Assembly (NCBI GenBank): GCA_964247055.1
Contig: OZ176054.1
Coordinates: 3,286,001 to 3,350,000, forward strand
Direction of reading: 5' to 3'
DNA: 64,000 nucleotides
DNA from: Paragordius varius
Taxonomy: Eukaryota; Animalia; Nematomorpha
Position 1 is the stretch's first letter. Each line of letters opens with the position of its first letter. Positions 1-12,395 of the stretch are shown piece by piece. Both the position numbers and the translations under genes were made by a program. Under the pieces are notes generated by a model. It saw nothing but the letters and a program-made list of their open reading frames with translations, was not told the DNA's origin and made no database searches.

Positions 1-524
1 GAAATGAATGCATTTAAAATATCACCAAAATATATCATAACCACCTATAAATAGCAAAATAATATTTATAAAATTTAAATTTTACAACGGCACCGAAAGT
101 ATCAAAATTTCGGACCTGTTCAAGCAAGCTCTCTCAAAAAATACAAGCGGGCCGAGATTGGGCATTAAAAAATTTTAATAAATGCTTAAGTATGAAAAAT
201 CGAAAATCAGATATTGTACTTGAAATTCTATTTTATAACAAAGTCTTTGCGAAGCAAATTTTATGTTGAAGGAAACGGAAACCCTTTAAGATATAATAAC
301 ACTTTTAATGCTAAATCATTTTATATCACCTTAGAATTGTAATTTAAAGGTTTCTTTGCTTAATTTTGGAGAGTTTCTGTACAAAACATTTTTCATTAAA
401 CATAAATATAAAGACCAAGGGATTATTAATACTAATTTGGGTATTAAAAATTTTCAGCTTATAACTATATGGAGAGAGTCTTTCAATAAATAAAATTTTT
501 GAACAATTATGAATTATTTTAAAA

Positions 525-980
525 CAGGGCTACCGCGTAGGTTCTTAAGAATTTAAAAATAGAACCGGGCGGTTCCTGAAATTTTGGAACCGGAACTGGG
601 GTGGTTCCTAAAATTTAGCGGTTCCGGAACCGGTTCTTTACATTCAGAACCGGTTCTATTTTCGGTTCCTGACTTTTGATTAAATAATTTTCTTAAATTA
701 TTATTATAATAATATAACCAAAATAACAATTATGAATCAAACAATTTATTATAAATTTCCAAATGTATATTGAAAGAAATATAATGTAGCATAATAAATG
801 AAGCAAATTAAAAAATATAATAGAATAATGTATAACAAAGGGATAAAGTGAGAGTTAAATTAAGTATGGCATCTAAAAAATTCTTTATTTAACTTAAAAA
901 ATTATTGCACCAAGCAATTCGCTGGTCAAACTGCTTCTCGGGTGTGTAAAAAATTAAGGGTTAAACTGCTTTTAAAGAGA

Positions 981-1013
<33 letters not shown>

Positions 1014-1316
1014 TAACATGAGTATTATAAAAAACTTGAGCTATGACTATTAGTAGCCGAATCGCCCAAAATTCAGAAATATCGCTAACATAATATTAGG
1101 CGCTTAGTTTTAGGTTTAAAGTTTGAAGTAAGTAATATGTAGTGGTACAATCAAATTTGAATAATAAAATAAAATTTCTATAATAAAAATCATATGGGAA
1201 CCACTAATTAAGGAGTTGGAACCGGAACCGGGGTGGTTTCATCTAATCCGGTTCTTTTAAAATCCCAGGAACCAGGTTCCGGTTCTAGGCGGTTTCGGTT
1301 CCGATTCCAATCCCCG
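525..1316. mobile_element. Non-autonomous hAT-type element (GGAACC-rich subterminal repeats), copy 1
   Basis: Termini CAGGG...CCCCG, flanked by an 8-bp duplication TTTTAAAA (517-524 and 1317-1324). Many ggaacc/ggttcc motifs near both ends. The internal sequence is clearly homologous to 9605-10302. Confidence 0.8.
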
Positions 1317-1425
1317 TTTTAAAATATGTTTTTTGATTTTATCACTTAACATATATATCAAATTTGCATTGTCATTTTTGCGTTTCTTTTTAAAGAACTT
1401 GCCTATAAAAATTCGGGACATTGGC

Positions 1426-3890
1426 TAGGGTGACCAAACGCCAGCTTTTGGCGGGACAGTCCCGATTAAACATTTGTCCTACTTTTTTTAAAACTCCCGA
1501 CTTTGATAATCCAGATAAATTTTATATTAAACTCATTTGCGCTGTTTGTGTTTGTACTGCTAACTGGACAGTGCTTATCATAGAAAATTATAACAAGTAA
1601 TTTATTTATATAGATATTATTTAGATTTTTTACAAAATGAGTAAGAAAAGAGGATGCAAACTCACCGATGATTTTTGAAGCGAATTCCTTTTATTATTAA
1701 AAAAATCTAAAAAGAATTACATAATGTCGGCGCGAATTCAGTATTTTGCACGGCGGAAAGAATGATAACATAAAAGATGTTTAAATACTGTTGCATCGTA
1801 TTTTAAAATGATAGAGTTTTTTCAAAAAACAACTTAGGGAGATGAGGAAAAAATTATAAACAGCAGAATGCGCCGTTAATCACAACCATTCATTTCGATC
1901 TATGGATTGTACAACAAAAGTTATCAGAATTTAATAAAAAATTTACCTGTGCTAGAACAAAGGCCAAGGCAATAGTATGTAATGTGCCTTCCCCACCTGC
2001 ATTTTCAGAAATATAAAATAATTGTCAAAACATTAATTTTATATTCATATATTCTGACACATCTAATCATAAAGGAAATTAATTATCCAACCAAAATCTA
2101 TTTTTTGTATATGCGCTCTCTTTTAAAATATACAACAAATGCTCATTTGTAATATATGATATGAAAGAGTAATTAAAACTCTATTATGATAATAGGTTTA
2201 GCATTGATAGTTAATATTAGACATAGGAAGTGACAAACGCGCGAAAGCGTTTTTTTAATAAATTTAAACTAATGGATGAATAAAGGTCAATCTTTGTCTA
2301 GATGGCTATGAATGTACAAAAAAATAACACAAGAAAGTTGATTATTGCTTTTATGTCATTCAAAACAGCCATTATTAAATATTTGGTTTTTTAAAATATT
2401 ATCATCTCATCAATATTAATTTATCTTTTTTACGAGGCTAATATTTCAAAATTTTAAAGACTAATAATAAAATATAAGGTATTTTTGATCTTTTATAGCC
2501 AGATGTATAAACTTACAGTTATAAATATGCATTTTAACATTCACTAGGTAATATAATTATGATAGTAATAATTTTTAATAAAAAAGCAAACCTAATTTTT
2601 CAAAATTTTTTTAAATTAAATGCTAATATAACCCAAATAATTATATTCTAATAATTTACATGATTTACAAATTAGTTTGTCCGTGAATTTATTTGTATTT
2701 AAGGGTTGACAATTTTGACCATGTGAATCTATATAACTTTTACACCAGATTGATGTAAATGACTACCATTTGAAAGATATATTTCGCGCTCTTTAGAATG
2801 ATATAAACTAAATGGCTTTAAACTTTTAATTTTGAAAATTTCGAGTTTAATGTTAATTCGGGGACAAAAATTATCGGAAAAATTTAAAAAAATTAGGTGT
2901 TAGGCCAATTTTTTCAGATATACTATTTATATACTTTAATGATATAATATAAATTTTACATTTACAAGAATGACAGTTAACACTTGGATACAACACACTC
3001 ATTTTAGTCCTTCGATTCAAATTGGGGTAGTTGGATACCCCAGGCCTGTTTAAAATCAAATATTTTAAAAAGTATGAAAGGAATCGAAACCATGGCAGAA
3101 TTTTGCTTATATAACATTAATAAACCGAAATATATAAAAAATTTTATTCAACAATACTTGATATTACTTATTTTAAGCTAAAACCGTAAGGTAAAAATTT
3201 CGTCAACGTGACATGTGTCAAATTGTAAAATTGAAAAATTATACAAACTAAACCGCTTTTTCTATTTCTATCATGTTAGATGTAATTTATATAAAAAATT
3301 AGCTTTAGTTTTACCCTTGAAATTAAATAAAGACGATATTTTGCAAAAATTTTGTAAAATAAAAATGGCGTCGAAGTAGTTTGATATGGAGCTTTTTTTT
3401 TCAAAACAAAATTTTATCAAGATATTTTGGCATATTTATATAATATTTATCAGGATAGAAGCATTAATTTAAATTGGGACCGTTTCCTTCAGTAGTATTT
3501 TAAAAATAATAATTTAAATTAAGACTGGGGTATTTAGATACCCCAATTTGAATCGAAGTGTTAAAAAGACAAGTTGTCTAGTGCTATAGATATTTGGAAA
3601 AAAATAATTTAAAACAAAAAATTATCGCATACTGTGCAGACAATACGAATACTAGTTTCAAAGGAAAAGCGAGAAGAAAAACAAATAATATTTTTTATGA
3701 ATTAGCGAAAGATCTGAATCAAAATATTATTGGTGTTGGGTGTGCAACGCATATATTACACAACGCTAATCAAACAGCTGCTGACTTGTCACCAATAAAT
3801 GTGAAAAATATTGTTGTTAAAATATATTCTGATTTCTATATATACACTGTAGGCGTTGAAATGCTTAAAGAATTTAGCGAAATGCATTAA
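1426..3890 (+). mobile_element. Decayed hAT (Blackjack-like) DNA transposon with transposase remnants
   Basis: Starts TAGGGTGACCA, the terminus of MER81/MER94/Blackjack-type hATs. Broken reading frames (MSKKRGCK..., SFRSMDCT..., FTCARTKAKAI..., SDTSNHK). ORF 3594-3890 (YCADNTNT...GVGCATHILHN...KIYSDFYIYTV) resembles the hAT catalytic core. Right terminus not found. Confidence 0.65.
2981..3560. mobile_element. TTAA-flanked (piggyBac-like) MITE inserted in the Blackjack remnant
   Basis: TTAA at 2977-2980 and 3561-3564. Termini CACTT...AAGTG. Inverted repeat ttcgattcaaattggggta (~3010) / taccccaatttgaatcgaa (~3540). Confidence 0.6.
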
Positions 3891-4934
3891 ATTTTTAGAG
3901 CTGACCTCTAAAAGTCTCAAATATTTAACCCCTTTAAAATGGGCTTTTTCGAAATTATATCTAAAATACCGAACACTAAAATAATTTTTAATTATGCTAG
4001 ATTTACGACATCAAAAAATTTTAAAAAATGAATAGGCTAAAAATAAATTAATTGTTCGCATTTTGTTGAAGATTTAATGTAATTTTGAAAATGAATTTAT
4101 TATAACCTTTTTAAAGTAGTTCGATGCTGCTTAAGATTTTATCTTTTTGGCATTTTAGATTGTTTTAAAATTTGGGTAATAATTTTACGAACACAATAAT
4201 ATTAACTTATATTCGTAGACAAACAAATCTTCTAAATATTTTGCATACTGAAAAAAATAAAAAAGTTTTTAAAAAATGATATCCTTATTTTATAATTTCA
4301 AAGTTTATAATAAGCGGTTGACCCTTAACTCTCCGTTAATAATACTCTAAAAACCAATATAAATTGCATAACATTTTATCCTTTAACACGCTTTTAAACC
4401 ACTAATCCAACATTACACTGAGTGCAAAAGAAAATTAAACAAAATATTTTTTTTTCATGAGATAGCTTATGACCAGCGAATTCATTCGCCGAAATTTTTT
4501 ATGTTTACGACCATGTTTTTGAAATAGAGAAAATCGAAATCGGGCAAAAAGTGAATATTAAGCATAAATAAGGATAAATTAAAAAATAATGATAAAAGTT
4601 GAGATATTATGGTTTATTATCATTTTAGGACATATTTTAAATCCATAGCCTAAAATATTGTTAGGTTTTGTATAAAATCTTGCTTAAAAAGATGGCGTTT
4701 TTTAACGATAAATGATTCATTATAGTATCTATATTTAAATATTTATATTTACACTAGATAAACGCGCTATAAAAATCAACATTCATTAAAAAAAACTATA
4801 TTAAATTATGTATCAAAGTAAAAATCACTATTGTTTTAAAATGAACAAAATCTTTATATATAAACTATGTAAATTTTTTCATGAGATAGCTTATGACAAG
4901 CGAATTCATTTGCAAATTTTTACTTGTTGACGAC

Positions 4935-5198
4935 TGTAAAGTTGATTTATTCACGTATAGCAATATGGATTAAAATAGAGTTGAGCGATAAAAAGAAAAC
5001 CAAAAAATAAAAAAGTGAGTGGCTATTATATCACAAGTTCTTTTTATGTGTGCATGCCTTATTTGCGTAGACGTTACACAATGGTTATTCTCAACAACAG
5101 ATAAGCTTTAACATGATATATATATAATATTCAAATACAAAATAACTGATGCAACATGAATTGAGTATGTTAACAAAATAGAATATTATAACCTTACA
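4935..5198 (-). repeat. 3' LTR (264 bp)
   Basis: Identical by eye to 9198-9463 except for a 2-nt indel after acatg. AATAAA on the minus strand near the LTR end. Confidence 0.95.
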
Positions 5199-5212
5199 TT
5201 ACTCTCCCCCTA
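5199..5212 (-). promoter_or_regulatory. Polypurine tract of the LTR element
   Basis: Minus strand reads AGGGGGAGAGTAA immediately before the 3' LTR TGTAAGG. Confidence 0.85.
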
Positions 5213-5249
5213 AGTTAACCACGGGGGCTGTCGTGTTCGTACATTATAC

Positions 5250-8080
5250 CTATAAGTTTAAACGATCGGGAGGCTGCCGTCTTCTTAGCGGATATCTACG
5301 CTCGGGTAGGTCAGAAACCTCCTTTACCACGTCGGGTGTGGCCTCTACAGGCGTCAGCGATTCTGGGGCTACGTCTTGCCATGAGGTAGCATGAGTAGGG
5401 GCATGGACTATTTGAGATTCCGAGGTGGGATGGAAGGTTTGTTCGGAGTGGGCTCCCTCGACATGACCCGGGACACTTTCGACGCTGGGATATCTATGCT
5501 CTATTAAGGGATTAGTTTCGTATGAATTCCCTCCTGACCTACGTCGTAACTGATCTGCATGTTTACGTTTTCGAATCCCTTCCTCATCTTGCATTCATAC
5601 GAGAGTAATCCCCTTCTCTCCAGAATGTGACCTGGCCGCCAGCCTACGGCCATTTCATTTTTAATATAGACAGGATCGTCTTGTTGGAATTCGCGTCTCG
5701 GTTCATTTTCGTGCTCTATAAATTCGACAGGGGTTGTTTTTACCCAAGAGATAGGATTGTGTACACGCCGTTTTAGGAATATGGCGGAAGGCGTTTCTTT
5801 TAGCGAAGAATGCATGCTAGTTCGATACGAATAAAGGACCGTGTTGATAGCTTCATATGCATGCATTTGTTGGGTCTTAGTAGCGGCGTATTTCGTTTTT
5901 AATGTCTTTATTACTCTCTCTACTAGACCGTTTGTTTTGGGGTGATAGGGTGCTGCACAGATGTGCTTTATATTCATATGATTTAGGAGAGTCGTAAATT
6001 CTCTTGAAGTAAAATACGTGGCGTTATCGGTCACAATTTGGCGGGGAAAACCAAATCGTGCGATGTGTTTTTCCAGGCAATTTAAAACGCTTTGACTCGT
6101 TATTGATTTAAGAAGATCTATCTCTACCCACCGTGAGGCGCTATCGATAGTCACTAACCAATAATATCCGTCCACCGGTCCAACATCTATATGTAACCTT
6201 TCCCATGTCAAAGTGTTAAAATTCCATCGATAGGGAAGATTTTCAGGTGCGTTAGGTCGATAGGTTTGGCAAGCCTCGCACCTCTCCACATAATTCGCTA
6301 GATCGGTGTCTAATTCGGGCCAAAATACCGAACACCGGGCTTGGGCTTTCATTGTTTTTAGCCCGCTGTGTCCCGTATGCAGAAGTTTCAATATCGTTTC
6401 CTGCATCGCTTGTGGTATCACTAAGCGATCATTCAGGTATAACAGATTATAACAACACTCCAAGTTGTTTTTATGTTTTAAAAAGGGTTTCAGATCTTTG
6501 TCGATCCAACTGTTTGTCCTGAGAGCATTTTTAACTTTTGATAACCGTTGGTCAGTGATCGTTGCCTCTTCGACCACTTTCTTATTTACATCCAGCGTTT
6601 TTAGAGCCAAAAATCGTACCTGCTTGGTGGCCGCGTCATCTTCATCATCTGGTTGGCTATGCTCTATGGGAAGTCTCGACAACGCGTCGGCTAAGTTTTC
6701 TTCCCCTTTCTTGTAAAATATTTCATACTCGTACCCGATGGTCTTCGATATCCACCTGAGCAGTTTGCTATTATTAATGTTGTTGATGTCTCTCTTCCCC
6801 CCAAATAGTGACACCAGCGGTTTATGATCTGTATATATCTCGAAAGGTCTTCCATATATAAAGTATTTAAATTTTTCTAGGGCAAACACTATGGCCTTGG
6901 CCTCTTTTTCGATCGTGGAATAACCCTTTTCTGCTATGGAACAAGTTCGTGACGCGTAAAAAATTGGGCGTTTCCCCTGTGGGGTCTTATGAAACAGTAT
7001 TGCCCCAAACCCCTTGTTGGAAGCATCTGTTTCGATCAACAAGGGAAAACGGTCGTTAAATGGCATTAAAGCGGGGGGCCTGGTTAGCAAGCTTTTTGCT
7101 TTCGCGAATTCACTATCATCTGCCGGGGTCCACCGCCAAGGTGTATTCTTTCCACTTAACTTGTGTAAGGTTGCTAGGTGTGGGTGACAGTTTGGTATAA
7201 ACCGCTCTTGAAAATTTATTAAGCCTAAGAACGAACGTAGCTCAGTTTTGTTTGTAGGTGTCGGACAATTTTTAATGGCCTCTAATTTTTCATTAGACGG
7301 CTCAATACCTTTGTCAGAAATCACGTACTTCATGTATTTGACTCGTGAGATACCAATTTGCAATTTGTCTCGGCGCAATCGTAATACCGCCTCTTGTAAC
7401 CTTCTAAATACTTCCCTTAATCTTTGATCATGTTCCTCCCTGGTAGCTCCGGAAATTAAGACATCATCCAGGTACACACAAATACCAGGTATGTCTTTTA
7501 AAAGATTGTCCATGCATCTTTGAAAGATCATAGGTGATGAAGTTAAACCGAATGGAAGTCGTTGGTAAGCATAAAACCCTTTGTGAGTTGTGATGGTTAC
7601 TAGCGTCTGTGACGCCCGGTCTATCGGAAATTGTAAGTAAGCATCTTTCAGGTCTAAAGTGGAAAAAATTATCCCATTTGCCACTTTGGTGGCCACTTCG
7701 TCAAAAGTAGGTATCAGATGAGAATCCTTTGCTAAATAACGGTTGATACTAATTCGGAAATCGGCACATATCCTAATTTCTCCATTTCCTTTAACTATAT
7801 TTACTGTGGGAGAGGCCCATGTTATTGGGGTTTGGGTCGGATCAATAGGTCGGAGTATTTTGAGTTGAACTAATCTATCAATTTCATTTTCTACTAAAGG
7901 TTTTAGAGTTAAAGGTACCCTACGACAAGGAAAAACTTTAGGTTTGGCCCCGGGGTCGATAAATAATTTTATTGGGGGCCCCTTGAAAGTACCTAACTCG
8001 TCTGAAAACAATTTGTCAAAATAATCAAATAACATTTTATTATTAGGTGCTTGCGTATGTAAAACTGAAAAAACATTTTT
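5250..8080 (-). CDS. Gypsy pol: reverse transcriptase, RNase H, integrase (frameshifted near 8070 and 5594)
   Basis: RT WASP/YLDD, RNase H TDAS...E...TDHKPL...ADALSRLP, integrase HTGH...CEAC zinc finger and D,D,E core. The C-terminus (KHADQLRRR...RYPLRRRQPPDRLNL) continues in the 5250-5594 frame. Confidence 0.92.
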
Positions 8081-9176
8081 TTGGGAATTCTAACCGAAAC
8101 GCCCGCATCCAATTCATCCCGAACACGGCTGGCGGGTTAGTTTGCGTCACCACGCAGGGCAGGCACTTCTCCTCTTCGTTCAAAACCACTGAAATCATCG
8201 ATTTTCCGAGTACTTCTATCGGGCCATCATTGTAGGTTCGCAAATTTGGAGCTGGGAGCAAACGAGGTCGACCAATATTTACCCAAGTGCGCTTGCCAAT
8301 AACGGATACCTCGGCGCCCGTATCGTAGATAAACGTTGTTGGTATATTATTTATTAATACCTGAATCCGGGGGGTGTTCGGGCTAGTCATGGTGCGGATT
8401 GACGGCCGTCGGAACGTTGCCTTGCATACTGTGCTGAAATGATTCCATTTGTCGCAACGTTTTTCTTTTGCCGGACAGGTGGCGGAACCATGTCGATACC
8501 CACAATTACTACATAGCTTTCGGGTTATTTGATTGATTGTATTATTATCATTAACAACTGGTTGGATACTTGAAGGAAGTTCACTGGTATTTTTATTGTT
8601 CATATCATTATTATCTCTGATGTTGTGAACCTTTTTATCTTCTAATTCATAGGAATAAGCGATGTCTACAATCGCTTGAAGGGTTACCGGACCCCCATCC
8701 TTTTTGCCATCTGGATATTTGGATTGAATTTCGCGTTCTACTCTGGGATTTTCAAGACCTACCAGGAATAAATCGCGTAATTTTGACTGAATATCCCCTT
8801 CAAATTTCCCGGCTTCACACTTTGCTTTCAGACGTTCCAGGAAATCCATGACTGATTCATCTGGCATTTTTTTTAATCGGTAGAATTCAACTCGATTTAA
8901 CCATAGGCTGCTGATTGGTGAATATATCTGAGTGGCCAAGGTTGCAATTTCCTCCCATTCCATGTCATCTATGAGTTTTGGGAATGCTAACGTTTCGATT
9001 TTCATTATTACTTGAATACCGCCGAAAGCGAGAAAAGTGCGTTTCATTGTGGTGTCATTGGATTCGATATTTTTGGAATTTAAGACTCTCCTGATGTGAC
9101 GTATATATTGCGTAAAATTCATCGGTTCCTTAAAAGGCTCCAAAATCAGTTTTGAAATGTCCAACGCTTGGCTCAT
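8043..9176 (-). CDS. Gypsy gag plus aspartic protease
   Basis: Capsid-like region (RLK...C...LRDLFLVGL), zinc-knuckle region CSNCGYRH...CPA...HFSTVC, protease YDTGAEVS and AVFGMNW. Confidence 0.9.
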   Translation of the reverse strand: MSQALDISKLILEPFKEPMNFTQYIRHIRRVLNSKNIESNDTTMKRTFLAFGGIQVIMKIETLAFPKLIDDMEWEEIATLATQIYSPISSLWLNRVEFYRLKKMPDESVMDFLERLKAKCEAGKFEGDIQSKLRDLFLVGLENPRVEREIQSKYPDGKKDGGPVTLQAIVDIAYSYELEDKKVHNIRDNNDMNNKNTSELPSSIQPVVNDNNTINQITRKLCSNCGYRHGSATCPAKEKRCDKWNHFSTVCKATFRRPSIRTMTSPNTPRIQVLINNIPTTFIYDTGAEVSVIGKRTWVNIGRPRLLPAPNLRTYNDGPIEVLGKSMISVVLNEEEKCLPCVVTQTNPPAVFGMNWMRAFRLEFPKKCFFSFTYAST

Positions 9177-9183
9177 TGAAAGC

Positions 9184-9195
9184 TAAACGGCACCA
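9184..9195 (-). promoter_or_regulatory. Primer-binding site candidate
   Basis: Minus strand TGGTGCCGTTTA, 2 nt after the 5' LTR. The first 9 nt match the recalled complement of the tRNA-His 3' end (TGGTGCCGTGA). Confidence 0.6.
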
Positions 9196-9197
9196 AA

Positions 9198-9463
9198 TGT
9201 AAAGTTGATTTATTCACGTATAGCAATATGGATTAAAATAGAGTTGAGCGATAAAAAGAAAACCAAAAAATAAAAAAGTGAGTGGCTATTATATCACAAG
9301 TTCTTTTTATGTGTGCATGCCTTATTTGCGTAGACGTTACACAATGGTTATTCTCAACAACAGATAAGCTTTAACATGAAATATATATATAATATTCAAA
9401 TACAAAATAACTGATGCAACATGAATTGAGTATGTTAACAAAATAGAATATTATAACCTTACA
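9198..9463 (-). repeat. 5' LTR (266 bp)
   Basis: Direct repeat of 4935-5198 with TG...CA ends, followed on + by the TSD ACGAC. Confidence 0.95.
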
Positions 9464-9604
9464 ACGACCTAATTTTTTATATGTAGAAGGGAAAATTTTA
9501 ATCGAGAAAAAAGTGAAAATTAAGTATAATTCAATAAATTATGATAAATGTGGAGATATTATGGTTTATTGTCATTTTATGAGATATTTTCAATATATAA
9601 ATAG

Positions 9605-10302
9605 CAGAGCTTGGAATCCGTTCAATAAAAGTGGAACCGGATCGGTTCCTTTAAAATCTTGCGGTTCCGGAACCGGTTCCATTTTCGGTTCTTGACTTTC
9701 AATTAAATGATTTACAAAATTATTATTATAATAATAAAACCAAGATATTAACAATGATAAATCAAACAAATTATTATAAAGCCAAGTGTATAGTGAAAGA
9801 AATATAGTGTAGCATAATAATTGAAATTATAAAATAAAAATAGGAAAATGTATAAGTACAAAAATATAAATTTTTAATTAAGTATGGGATCTAAAAAGAT
9901 CTTTAAACTTTAAAAAATAATTGCATCAAGCAATTCGCTGGTCAACTGTTTTCCAGGTCTGAAAATAGATAATTAAGGGTGAAAAAACTCCTTTCAATGG
10001 AGAACTATATATAGGAACATATGTATTATAATAAACTTGACTTATGACTATTACTTTTTTTAGAATAGCCGAATCGCCCAAAATTCAGAGAGTATCGTTA
10101 ATGTAATATTAGGCGCTTAGTTTTAGGTTCAAAGTTTGAAGTATGTAATCTGAAGTGGTACAATCAATTTTAAATAATAAAATAAAATTTTTATACTAAA
10201 AATCATATGGGAACCAGTAATTAAGGGGATCGGGTTGGTTCCTGAACTGGACCGGAACCGCGTTGGTTCCATCCTAATGGAAGCGGTTCTTGTTAAAATC
10301 CC
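9605..10302. mobile_element. Non-autonomous hAT-type element, copy 2 (right end truncated)
   Basis: Starts CAGAGCTTGGAATC, similar to the inverted right end of copy 1. Colinear homology to 525-1316; lacks the last ~50 bp. aaatag occurs on both sides. Confidence 0.7.
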
Positions 10303-12395
10303 AAATAGCCTAAAATAATATAGTCAGTGTTTTTATAAAATCTCAGTTCAAAAGATGGAGTTTATCTTTTAACACACTAAAGAGAAAAATATTTTTTATG
10401 AAACTATATTAAAATAATTTTTTTTGATTATTTACTAGCTAAACTCACTATTAAATTTTTAACATTCGTATTTTACCCAGTAAAAAAAACTTTTTCAAAA
10501 AACTAAAAAATATTGTTTTTTATTTTTTCATTTTTTTGTTTCTCGGTTTATGACGGTATAAAAAGTTTACTGTTTTATTTTGGAATTCCACATGAGCGGA
10601 AATTTAAAGTATATAAAATAATTCAAAATAATATTTACAAGTGGTAGAATATCAAACCAAAATCCGTACATATCTCAGTAAAAATATTAATTTGTTATAA
10701 CAAACTTGTTATAGGGATTCGTAAGGATTGTTGGTTGATTCATTATTTTTAAATTCTTGCACAAATTATATACCTTATAATCCCACTCATATAGGAACCA
10801 AAAAAACAGTTAAATTTTTTATAGACTAATAAACTAATGACAAAAAATGAAAAAATAAAAAACAATATTTTTTAGTTTTTATGTTTTTTTACTGAATAAA
10901 ATATGAATGTTAAGATAGTTTAGGTTAATATAAAATAATAATTTTAATATAGTTTCATTATAAAAATGTTAATAAATGTGTTATAAGAAATACGCCAACT
11001 TATTTGAGTTTTATACAAACGTTAACTATATGATTTTAGGCTATTTGTTGTTGGAAATATCTCCTAAAATGATAATAAACCATAATATTTCAACATTTAT
11101 CATTATTTTTTTAAATTATCCTTATTCATTTTTTGCCCAATTTCGATTTTCTCCTCATATTTTAAAACGTCAACAAATTAAAATTTTTGCCGCAAATGAA
11201 TTCGCTGGTCATAAGCTATTTAGTTAAAAAATTAAACCCTCTTTTTTGGACACAGTGTTAGGGACGGCAAAATAAAAAATTTGTTAAAGCATTTATTAAA
11301 TTTGGTCATGCGTTCAACAGAAAAATGGCAAAATAAAGAAGTTTAAAACATGAAATAACGCTAAAATCTAACAAAGTTCGTTGCTAAATGATAATTGTTG
11401 TTAATTGTAAATGTGTATAGTGATTTTTAGGATATATATATATATATATATATAAAGGCATATTTTTTCGGTTAAATTAGTAAGTTTGATTGAATGACGT
11501 AGACGTAAAGTATAAATTAGTAGTCATGGGAAGCGAGGTTGTCATTGCCGTGGAAGGTATAAAAATGCTTGAATTGGCAATCGTTTCATTAGTTTTTGAT
11601 AAATTTAACATTTCACGCAAATGCTAAAAATTATTGTATAACAATGAGAATAAGTTATGGTTGGGTTTTTGACCGCTTAAAAAATTACGGATTTTTACAT
11701 AATGTCATCGGTCATAATCAGTCCAATTTTAAAGATAAAAATAAATTTTTAATTACTATACAAAACTAAACAAAATACTAATAGTATTAAATTTTAAATA
11801 AGTGGAAAAGGGTCTAAATTCACTAATCAAATTCTTTAAACATGAATTCTTAATACCATTATTAATTTATATGTAAACGTAAAAACAAATCAAAAAATGA
11901 AAAATACTTGGTTATTATTAAGAAAAATCTAAATTTATAATTTAATGACATTAGCCACCCCATTTAAAATTCTTGACCGATCAAACCCCTTAATCGGCAT
12001 AGAATGTAATTTTCATATAAAATATAAATTCTTTTTCAGATATGGTATCTCTCTAATTAAAGAACTATCCAATTTTTTATAAGATAATAAAACTTATTTG
12101 TATAAGAGCTCATATGGAAAATAACCGGCTTAATTCAAAAATTATAATTTTTATTATTTTTTTTTATTAAAATACAAAATTAATTTTGTCTATAAAAACA
12201 AGATTTAAATACTTGTAGCGTAGGTATACATTCGCCAAATCTATTACACATATTGTTATTTTGATGCTCGTGACATTGACAAGCTAATAAAATGTAAAAA
12301 ATGATTTTGACTACACCTTTTAAATTGATCAATTATTTATGCATAACAAAATGATTTGAATTCTCAAAAGAATATTATCAAAAGTTTATGAATTA

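Larger units (their letters stand above)
4935..9463 (-). mobile_element. Full-length Ty3/Gypsy LTR retrotransposon (Mag-like organisation), very recent insertion
   Basis: TG...CA LTRs at 4935-5198 and 9198-9463. 5-bp TSD ACGAC (4930-4934, 9464-9468). PBS-like TGGTGCCGT next to the 5' LTR and PPT next to the 3' LTR on the minus strand. gag-PR-RT-RH-IN domain order. Confidence 0.97.
4416..11257. mobile_element. Foldback/MITE with long inverted arms, left arm partly duplicated, interrupted by the Gypsy element and an hAT MITE
   Basis: Left end CACTG at 4416, right end ACAGTG at 11257. Arm motif catgagatagcttatgaccagcgaatt at ~4457 and ~4880, inverted at ~11198-11220. The arm sequence resumes exactly after each inserted element (9464-9604, 10303 onward). 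Same family as 22769-23980. Confidence 0.6.

Noticed and set aside
8062-8078. C CCA AAA heptamer as a programmed -1 frameshift site between gag-PR and RT
   Set aside because: The RT frame is +1 relative to gag here, so a -1 shift does not enter pol. A single extra A explains the break better.
11500-11560. KYKLVVMGS resembling the N-terminus of a Ras-family GTPase
   Set aside because: An in-frame stop lies just upstream, no GxxxxGKS P-loop follows, and I found no convincing further exons.
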